Source of the DNA: Promethearchaeum syntrophicum
GTDB taxonomy: Archaea; Asgardarchaeota; Lokiarchaeia; Sigyniarchaeales; Promethearchaeaceae
Direction of reading: 5' to 3'
Assembly (NCBI RefSeq): GCF_008000775.2
Contig: NZ_CP042905.2
Span: forward strand, 3,810,001-3,842,000
Length of the DNA stretch: 32,000 nt
Shown: in pieces, positions 24,900 to 32,000 of the stretch
Layout: each line of letters begins with the position of its first letter
Position numbering within the stretch: position 1 is the stretch's first letter
Translations under genes and position numbers: made by a program
Notes under the pieces: generated by a model
The model's input: the letters and a program-made list of their open reading frames with translations, nothing else
Databases searched by the model: none
What the model was told of the DNA's origin: nothing

Positions 24900-27800
24900 A
24901 TGCAAAATTCTTCAACAAATCAGAATTATATTGGAATTAATATTGGATCCGTCTCTGTTAATGTTGTAATTTCTGATAATTTTGGAACTTTTAAGTGCGA
25001 AAAAAAAGCCCATTTTGGAAATCCACAGCAAATTTTAAAGGAAATTCTTGAAAAATACGAAAATGGAGACCAGAAATTTTTTGGAGTTTCGGGTACATTT
25101 GGAATTGTTTCTGAAATTACAGCTATTGAAAGAGCACTTGCCTCTTTAGAAAAAAAATATGATCTAATTCTTTCTCTCGGGGGGGAGGCATTCATTTTAT
25201 ACGTTTTGGATTCAAATGGACACATTGTAAACATTTTATCTCAAGATAAATGTGCTGCTGGAAGTGGAGAATTTTTCATACAACAAATTGAAAGATTAAA
25301 TCTGCCATTGAATGAAGCAATTGACTTAGCAGAAAAAGGTGAGGATATTCAGATAGCATCGCGCTGTTCAGTTCATTGTAAATCAGATATAACTCATAAA
25401 TTGAATAAAGGAGAAGCATCAATTGAAGATGTTCTTTGCTCTTTAGTATCCAATATGATCAATAAAGGGATTGGTCTAATTTATCAATCTCGAGTTAATT
25501 TAACAAACCTTTTAATAATTGGGGGACTTTCACTTAACAAAGTTGTTCTTCAGAAATTACGAAAGGCTTTACCTGAAGCACATGTAGATAAACTTGAATT
25601 TAGTCACGTTTTTGAAGCATACGGAACATCTTTGTTAGTACAGGATAATCCAGAATACAAAATTCCAAAATTAATCACAAATAAAACATTTTCTATGCTT
25701 CCTTCATTGCACGAATATGGACATCTTGTTAAAATCATGGAAAAACCAGGTGTCAATGAAAAATTTGATCCTCAATCTTCATATATATTAGGTATTGATG
25801 TCGGATCAACAACTACTAAAGCAATTTTGATGCATCCGAAAAATAATGCAATAATTGCATCCCATTATGGTCGCACAAATGGAAACCCAATTGAAGCTAC
25901 AAGATCATGTTTAAGGGAAATTATCAAACAAACGGGTGATGAAAGAGGAAAAATAAGTTTAGTTGGAGTAACTGGTTCAGGAAGACAAGTTGTAGCAGCT
26001 TATTTAGGAACTCCTGCAGTTTTTAATGAAATTTCTGCTCATTCGATTGGAGCGGCCTATTTTGATTCAGAAGTAGATACAATATTTGAGATAGGAGGCC
26101 AAGATGCTAAATATATGCTCTTGCAAAATGGCGTCCCAGTTGATTATGCAATGAATGCATCATGTTCAGCTGGGACTGGAAGTTTTCTTGAAGAAAGCGC
26201 CAAATGTGATTTAGATATTCATGTTTATGATATTAGTGATATTGCATTAAAAGCTCCAAAAGCTGTAAGATTTAAAGCAGATTGTGCCGCTTTTATTAAT
26301 TCTGATATTCGTACTGCCCTTCAAGAGGGCTATTCTAAACAGAATATTATTAGCGGACTTGTTTATTCTATTGTTAATAATTATCTAAATAAAGTTAAGG
26401 GGACTAGACCAATAGGAGATAAAATTTTCTTCCAAGGAGGCGTCGCAAAAAATAATGCTGTTGGTTATGCATTTGCCCAAGTAACTGGAAGAGAGATAAT
26501 TATCCCTCCGTTTCCAGAATTGATGGGTGCCTTCGGAATCGCATTAATCGCTAAATCGAAACTGGAAAAAAGAGAAATTTCATCAATGTCCTCCTCTACA
26601 ACATTGAAATCATTAATTGAACCATCATTAAAACATCTTGGTAATTTTACCTGTAAATCTTGTGATAATTTTTGTCAAATTGAAAATTATGCAGTTGGAA
26701 ATCGAAAATTCCCTTTCGGAGGGAGATGTACTAAATATGAACATTTATGGAAAGGGCAGAAATCAGCTTCGGAGAAGAAAGATTATGTATCTTTTCGTAA
26801 TGATTTAATGTTTCCGGGTAATGTTTTAATAGATAAAAAAAAAAAAATCAATGAGAAAAATCAAATTGGAATACCAAGAGCATTATTAACTCACAGTTTG
26901 TTTCCACTCTTTTCTACTTTTTTCAAAGAAATCGGATATGAAGTAGTATTGTCTGATATTGAACCTGATGCAGAATTACTACCCAATGCTCCACTGTGTT
27001 ATCCAATTCAAATTTTGCATGGTGCCATCGCCAATTTGATCAAACAAAACATTAAATTAATCTTTTTACCATATATTTACAGAATGAAGAAAGGAGAAGG
27101 ATGGTTTGATTCAACTTTTTGTCCAATTTCCCAATCTAGTTCTTATTTAGTTGCTCCAAATTTTGAAAAAGTTGAAATTCTAAAACCTGAATTAGAATTT
27201 TCAGAAGGATATGAAAAATGTCAAGAATTAATAAATTTAGCTATAGAAAAGTTATATATCCCCCATAAAATGAGTGTGGCGGCTTATAATAAAGCAGTAC
27301 GCCATCAAAATAATGTAGAAACCCAATTTATTAAAAAAGGTAGGGAAATTTTAAAAAAACTATCCAAGTCGAATGATACAGGAATCATTGTAGTAGGGAG
27401 AAGCTATAATGTTTTCCCTAAAGAAACTTCGCAATCTATTCCCAAAAAAATAACGAGTATGGGAGTTACTGTAATTCCTTTTGATTTCTTAGAAAAAAAA
27501 TCAGTAACAACTTATCCTTGGTTCTTTGCTAACTATGTTTCAGAAGCTGTTGAGCTAGTTAAAAAGCATGAGAATTTGTTTTTACTTTACATTAATAGTT
27601 ATAGTTGCACAATGGATGCTTTTGTTCAGAATTATGTACGTACAGAAATGAAATCTAAACCGTATTTACTCATGGAATTAGATGCCCATATGGCGGATGC
27701 AGGAACTCAGACTAGAATCGAAGCTTTTTTGGAAATTATTAAAAATTATCGTCATTCTTTACAGAACACTTCATCTTCAGTGTATCACATGGCAAAAGCT

Positions 27801-29159
27801 GAAACTGAAAATGGAAAAGCAGTAATTACTACATCCTCTGGTGAAAAATTGGACCCTAATGATCCTCGTGTAAAAATATATCTCCCCCCTTTCTCAACTT
27901 TCCATACCGATTTAGCGGAAAAACTTCTTACAAAATTTGGATTTAATATGGGACATACAGGTGATATAAAATTAGAATATCCCGTAGAAGGATTGAAACA
28001 CTGTTCAGGAAAAGAATGTAATCCCCTACCGGCAGTATTAGGGCATATTATGCATTTAGTAAAAAATCGTGAACCTGGAGAGGTTATAGGGTATTTTATG
28101 TTACGAGGAGGGCAACCGTGTGTTGTTTTTAGTTATTTCCAATTTTTAGAACAGTTTTTAACAAAAAATCGAATAAAGGATGTGTTTATTTTTTGTTTCG
28201 ACAAGTATAATGATTTCATGGGAGTTAATATATTAGAATATCTTCAACAAGGTCCAAAAATTGTAGTTTTAGGAGATATTATGAATGAAATTGAAAGCGC
28301 ACTTGAAGTTGTCGGGAAAGGTAAAAGTTTAGAAAAGTTTCATTCATATTGGAGAAATTTCTTGGAAAGCTTCACTGATATACAAGATATAAATCGTGAA
28401 ATGAACATACTTATCCAGAAAATTAAAAAATTGCCAATAATCGGATCACCCCAAATGTTTCCTAAAGTTTGTTTAACAGGAGATTTCTTTGTTCGGTTTA
28501 GCCCATTTTTCCTTCATGATCTAAAATCAGCTTACACGAAGAATAAGATTATTGTAAAATCATCAGAATTATTTGAACTTTTTACCTATGGTGTACCCTT
28601 TGGTAACATGGTTAGCTATAAAGTCCGAGATCAATATTTACAAAAGATACGGGCAAAATTTCATGGGAAAGATCGGATTTGGAATGATTTTTCTTTTGGA
28701 TTTTATGCAAGCCAAATTGCATATTTTGTGATGAGAATTATTGAAAAAAGAATGCGCAAAAAATTCGAAAAAACCGGTCTTCTTTTCTCTAAACCAACGG
28801 ACATCATGAAAATTGTAAAAAATGCAGAACCTCATATCAATCCAAATATTTTTGGGGAAGCTATCTTGAATATTGGAAAAGGAATTGAAATAATAAATGA
28901 TCGAGAATTTAATGGGCTTATCCTAATCGGACCCCAATATTGTTTACCTTATCGTATATCTCAAGCAATTCTTCAACCTATCTTTATTGAAAATAAATAT
29001 CCGTTTTTAGTATTTGATGCAGAAATTACAGCGATGTCTCCAAATATGAAAAGATTAATTTCTGCTAATATCGAACAGATCAACCGTAGATTTAAGAGAA
29101 TGGTTCCTGTTTTATCTGAAGACACTGTTAAAATGGAAGGAAAAAAGATATTCCTTTAA
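24900..29159 (+). CDS. Giant fusion: two BcrAD/BadFG-type (HgdC-like) activase ATPase domains + DUF2229-type C-terminal region
   Basis: ATPase 1 (about aa 1-260): IGINIGSVSVN, DKCAAGSGEFF, ASRCSVHCKSDI. ATPase 2 (about aa 295-555): LGIDVGSTTTKA, NASCSAGTGSFLE, KADCAAFINSDI, FQGGVAKN. Cys cluster C-x2-C-x3-C-x17-C at 26652-26729. The long remainder (about 850 aa) resembles the CoA-enzyme-activase-associated DUF2229 region (GIPRALL..., VVGRSYN..., LTGDFFVRF...). Confidence 0.8.
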   Translation: MQNSSTNQNYIGINIGSVSVNVVISDNFGTFKCEKKAHFGNPQQILKEILEKYENGDQKFFGVSGTFGIVSEITAIERALASLEKKYDLILSLGGEAFILYVLDSNGHIVNILSQDKCAAGSGEFFIQQIERLNLPLNEAIDLAEKGEDIQIASRCSVHCKSDITHKLNKGEASIEDVLCSLVSNMINKGIGLIYQSRVNLTNLLIIGGLSLNKVVLQKLRKALPEAHVDKLEFSHVFEAYGTSLLVQDNPEYKIPKLITNKTFSMLPSLHEYGHLVKIMEKPGVNEKFDPQSSYILGIDVGSTTTKAILMHPKNNAIIASHYGRTNGNPIEATRSCLREIIKQTGDERGKISLVGVTGSGRQVVAAYLGTPAVFNEISAHSIGAAYFDSEVDTIFEIGGQDAKYMLLQNGVPVDYAMNASCSAGTGSFLEESAKCDLDIHVYDISDIALKAPKAVRFKADCAAFINSDIRTALQEGYSKQNIISGLVYSIVNNYLNKVKGTRPIGDKIFFQGGVAKNNAVGYAFAQVTGREIIIPPFPELMGAFGIALIAKSKLEKREISSMSSSTTLKSLIEPSLKHLGNFTCKSCDNFCQIENYAVGNRKFPFGGRCTKYEHLWKGQKSASEKKDYVSFRNDLMFPGNVLIDKKKKINEKNQIGIPRALLTHSLFPLFSTFFKEIGYEVVLSDIEPDAELLPNAPLCYPIQILHGAIANLIKQNIKLIFLPYIYRMKKGEGWFDSTFCPISQSSSYLVAPNFEKVEILKPELEFSEGYEKCQELINLAIEKLYIPHKMSVAAYNKAVRHQNNVETQFIKKGREILKKLSKSNDTGIIVVGRSYNVFPKETSQSIPKKITSMGVTVIPFDFLEKKSVTTYPWFFANYVSEAVELVKKHENLFLLYINSYSCTMDAFVQNYVRTEMKSKPYLLMELDAHMADAGTQTRIEAFLEIIKNYRHSLQNTSSSVYHMAKAETENGKAVITTSSGEKLDPNDPRVKIYLPPFSTFHTDLAEKLLTKFGFNMGHTGDIKLEYPVEGLKHCSGKECNPLPAVLGHIMHLVKNREPGEVIGYFMLRGGQPCVVFSYFQFLEQFLTKNRIKDVFIFCFDKYNDFMGVNILEYLQQGPKIVVLGDIMNEIESALEVVGKGKSLEKFHSYWRNFLESFTDIQDINREMNILIQKIKKLPIIGSPQMFPKVCLTGDFFVRFSPFFLHDLKSAYTKNKIIVKSSELFELFTYGVPFGNMVSYKVRDQYLQKIRAKFHGKDRIWNDFSFGFYASQIAYFVMRIIEKRMRKKFEKTGLLFSKPTDIMKIVKNAEPHINPNIFGEAILNIGKGIEIINDREFNGLILIGPQYCLPYRISQAILQPIFIENKYPFLVFDAEITAMSPNMKRLISANIEQINRRFKRMVPVLSEDTVKMEGKKIFL

Positions 29160-29175
29160 AAAATTGAAAATAAAG

Positions 29176-29955
29176 TTATTTCCCAATTGCCATACCTGTT
29201 GGATCTAGTTCTCTTAATAATTGAACTTCTTCGCGCGTAGGGATCGGAGTTGTGGGAACATCTTCGGGAATAATAATTTCAAAACCACAATTATTTCGGA
29301 TATCTTCTTTAGAGATTCCTGGATGAATCGTCTCCAATTTCATTATTTTGGTCATTTCGTCAAATCCATAGACTCCAAGTTGAGTTATTACTTTAATTGG
29401 TCCACTATTTTCAGGAAGTCCCGCTTTTTCTCGAGCACCTGGTCCATCTAAATACCCAGGACTAGTGATGAAGGTTACATTCTCAACGAAATTTCGTTTA
29501 CTTTGTCGGATAATAATTATAAAATTATGACTCAATGAAGCAACATCATTTCCCCCTCCACTTCCAGGTAATCGCACTTTAGGTTTCGCCCAAGATTCGC
29601 CTATGTATGTTGTATTAAGATTTCCATATTTATCCAATTCAGCACCTCCAAGAAAACCGTAATCAGTCCATCCTGCTTGGGAAAAACTCATATTATCATG
29701 CATTGTACTGATGGAAATTGCGCGATATCCCGTTCTTGAATCACCTACAGATATAGGAAGAGTTCTCATCTGAGGTCCGATGGAACCTGCTTCAAAAATG
29801 AGTAATAAATTAGGTGCATGAGTCCGTTGGGCAAACATAGCAGCAATCATAGGAAGTCCCGTGCCCACAAAAACAGATTTATTATCTTTAAGCGCTTTTC
29901 CCGCAGTTACAGCCATTAAATGGGTTGCAGTGTAATAAGTATCATTTTGAGCCAT
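29176..29955 (-). CDS. CoA-transferase family I, subunit B (glutaconate/3-oxoacid CoA-transferase beta-like)
   Basis: LLLIFEAGSIG (catalytic-Glu context ExG), PGSGGGND, and VITQLGVY in the C-terminal segment. The ATG at 29953-29955 is preceded by AAGGAGGA and lies 1 nt after the subunit A stop. The ORF track's 29976 start is less likely. Confidence 0.8.
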   Translation of the reverse strand: MAQNDTYYTATHLMAVTAGKALKDNKSVFVGTGLPMIAAMFAQRTHAPNLLLIFEAGSIGPQMRTLPISVGDSRTGYRAISISTMHDNMSFSQAGWTDYGFLGGAELDKYGNLNTTYIGESWAKPKVRLPGSGGGNDVASLSHNFIIIIRQSKRNFVENVTFITSPGYLDGPGAREKAGLPENSGPIKVITQLGVYGFDEMTKIMKLETIHPGISKEDIRNNCGFEIIIPEDVPTTPIPTREEVQLLRELDPTGMAIGK

Positions 29956-29956
29956 G

Positions 29957-30988
29957 TTATTTTCCTCCTTTTCCAAGCTTCTTATCTAACCAAGGAGCTT
30001 TCAAATCTGCTCGATAATGTTCTAATTCATACAAATATTTCATTTTTTCTTCTCCCCCATTCAATTTTAAATATTCTTCGAAATTTGAAACTCCAAAAAC
30101 ATATTTATCCAACCATAGTTTCAAACCCTCATCAGTCTTAGACATATCTAACCACTCACTTATCGCAACTTCATCAAAATAATATTGCCCAGGCATATTA
30201 CACGGGTGAGAACCATATTTTACCTCGATGACAGCATCAACAAAAAATCCGGGAATCAACGTTTCCCAAGGTTTTTTTCTGATTTCTTCATTATCAATAA
30301 TTTTTTCTGTGGTTACTACCAATTTTTTGGCTGCACGAGCTAATTCAAAGTCTTCAACTACATATCCATCATATTGACAATTCCCAAATTTATCCGCTCG
30401 TGGAACATGAATAAAAACAATATCAGGATTACATGAAGGAACTAAGCAGATCGGCTTCTTTGTCCAAGGATCTTCTACGACTTTCGCAGATGATTTTCTT
30501 AATGTATCTGATCCAAGCATTGTTCGTGTTGGAACAAAGGGAACTCCCATCATTCCTCCCAAGAAACGCCATTGATGCCCAGCATTACTTATCTCAGAAA
30601 CGACCTTTACTCGTCCAGATTCGACTGCATTTCGTCCACATTTTGAAAGACCCCGCATTTCATGCCCAAAACAATATGCCACCTCGATTTTGCTCAGAAT
30701 TCCACCTCCAATCATAACATCAATGTCATGAACACCAGTTTTACCTAACATCGTAAGGTTTCGTTTTTTTTGCCGAATCATTTCAAAAATTCCAGCCATG
30801 CTCACTCTAATATGCCCAAAACCACCCATGGCAATGACATCTCCATCACTAACATATTTTGAAACAGCATCTGATAAAGACATACGCTTGTCTACTAGTG
30901 CACGAGATCGTTTAGCCATCCAAGCTCGGTTTTCATCGGGATCATGCCAACCTACTAATTCCCCAGTACCTTCTTCTAAGATTTTCAT
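29957..30988 (-). CDS. CoA-transferase family I, subunit A (GctA-like)
   Basis: 343 aa. VSDGDVIAMGGFG (glycine-rich N-terminal loop), long alpha-type subunit, translationally coupled to subunit B. Confidence 0.8.
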   Translation of the reverse strand: MKILEEGTGELVGWHDPDENRAWMAKRSRALVDKRMSLSDAVSKYVSDGDVIAMGGFGHIRVSMAGIFEMIRQKKRNLTMLGKTGVHDIDVMIGGGILSKIEVAYCFGHEMRGLSKCGRNAVESGRVKVVSEISNAGHQWRFLGGMMGVPFVPTRTMLGSDTLRKSSAKVVEDPWTKKPICLVPSCNPDIVFIHVPRADKFGNCQYDGYVVEDFELARAAKKLVVTTEKIIDNEEIRKKPWETLIPGFFVDAVIEVKYGSHPCNMPGQYYFDEVAISEWLDMSKTDEGLKLWLDKYVFGVSNFEEYLKLNGGEEKMKYLYELEHYRADLKAPWLDKKLGKGGK

Positions 30989-31101
30989 TGATAATCACAT
31001 TAATAATTCAAGATTTAGTTGAAATCTATTTAATTTTGAATTAAAATGTTTAGAATAATCTCGGATATTGAAGTAAGAATACACTAATAAGGAAAAAAAA
31101 A

Positions 31102-31644
31102 TTACTCTAAGTTTTGAATTTTTTTATTAAGAATTGATACAATAGAATCTGGATCTTTTACTGCAGGGATATACCCTTCAGGTCTTACAATACCAGTGTA
31201 TTGATACGCCATACCTATTGATCTTACTGTTTCAATTCTAATTGTATGGATTTTTAATATTCGATCTCTCACATTTTGAAATACTTCAATATTTTGAATA
31301 TTTTTAAGTGGAATGATTAATCTCTTTCGCGTAAAAGTCCCTGAACGAATAATAAGATTTTCTTCAGAAATTTCATAAACATAATTTTTAACATAACTTT
31401 TGGATAAGAAAATGCTGAAAATTATAGAAATTGAGAAAATGAATAATATTATTCCTATTGCATAAAACCAAATATTTGGAACTGGAATTCCATTTTTCGC
31501 AATGTTATAACTGTTTATTATGATACATACTATTAGAGCAACCAAGTTTATAAAAAATGAAAGAAAAATTGCTTCTAAAACTTGGTATTTTATATAAATT
31601 GGATCAATATGCCCTACAATTGATTTTTCACTATTCGAATCCAT
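31102..31644 (-). CDS. Membrane protein with bacterial-type PH (bPH/YdbS-like) domain
   Basis: Two N-terminal TM helices (VLEAIFLSFFINLVALIVCIII; IWFYAIGIILFIFSISIIFSIFL), followed by LIIRSGTFTRKRLIIPLKNIQNIEVFQNVRDRILKIHTIRIET, the typical bPH core. Confidence 0.65.
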   Translation of the reverse strand: MDSNSEKSIVGHIDPIYIKYQVLEAIFLSFFINLVALIVCIIINSYNIAKNGIPVPNIWFYAIGIILFIFSISIIFSIFLSKSYVKNYVYEISEENLIIRSGTFTRKRLIIPLKNIQNIEVFQNVRDRILKIHTIRIETVRSIGMAYQYTGIVRPEGYIPAVKDPDSIVSILNKKIQNLE

Positions 31645-31799
31645 TTTTCTTCAAAATCTCCTCAATTTCATATTTCATTTATAATATAATCAAGGTTATT
31701 ACGTAAATATCTGTTTGCTAGTAAAAAAATTTTTCAGTTAATTTTTGATATTCTTTATATTGTACAAATTAATTAATTAATCAAAATTGGAAATATCGA

Positions 31800-32000
31800 A
31801 TGAAGAAAATGAAAGAAATATCTCGAAAAATTATTGCCACTTTCCTTATTGTCGGTACAGTTATGTCAATAATTGTGTTCCATTCTCTCGACAAAAATTT
31901 TTTTAATCCAAAAGAAAAAGGTGCATGGGTATTATGGAATGAAAACCCTGCATCAGAGGCAATTATTTCTTGGGAATCAACTAATTTAGAAGATAGTACT
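31800..32000 (+). CDS. Partial CDS (N-terminus): membrane-anchored or secreted protein, continues past window end
   Basis: From the ATG at 31800 I read MKKMKEISRKIIATFLIVGTVMSIIVFHSLDKNFFNPKEKGAWVLWNENPASEAIISWESTNLEDST, open to the window edge. It has an N-terminal TM/signal. P-x-SEAIISWES is reminiscent of purple-acid-phosphatase N-terminal domains (weak). Confidence 0.5.
   Translation, partial: MKKMKEISRKIIATFLIVGTVMSIIVFHSLDKNFFNPKEKGAWVLWNENPASEAIISWESTNLEDST

Overview
AT-rich archaeal chromosomal segment, gene-dense (about 30 CDS), with no rRNA, tRNA, CRISPR array or recognisable mobile element. Archaeal origin is supported by an exosome Csl4 gene, an RpoL/Rpo11-like gene, a divergent METTL5/COG2263-type methylase, oligo-T tracts after stop codons and TATA-like boxes about 27-32 nt upstream of some ATGs. 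These sit alongside eukaryote-like signalling proteins: an Arf/Roc-like small GTPase, a PPP-family phosphatase, an LRR-TIR protein and a legumain-like clan-CD protease. By inference only, this suggests an Asgard (Loki-type) archaeon. Housekeeping genes include enolase, MsrB, an M1 aminopeptidase with a HEAT-like tail, and an ornithine-cyclodeaminase-family enzyme. Two regions deserve attention. (1) 21.0-31.0 kb is an acyl-CoA cluster. It holds a thiolase-fold protein that appears to lack both catalytic cysteines, paired with a DUF35 protein. It also holds an acyl-CoA dehydrogenase with an IVD/LCAD-type catalytic-base position, a MaoC hydratase, a 1419-aa double-activase/DUF2229 fusion with no separate dehydratase partner, and a two-subunit CoA-transferase. 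I read this as a possible non-canonical, ATP-activated acyl-CoA dehydration or reduction pathway. (2) 1.2-5.7 kb holds the small GTPase, a secreted clan-CD protease and a cytosolic LRR-TIR-coiled-coil protein (Toll-like architecture without a membrane span). Other points: an iron-sulfur flavoprotein gene interrupted by one in-frame TAA, two sequon-dense surface proteins with PGF-CTERM-like anchors, tandem GNAT paralogues, and an RNase III-like protein with a degenerate signature. All calls rest on motif recognition by eye; no database search was run.
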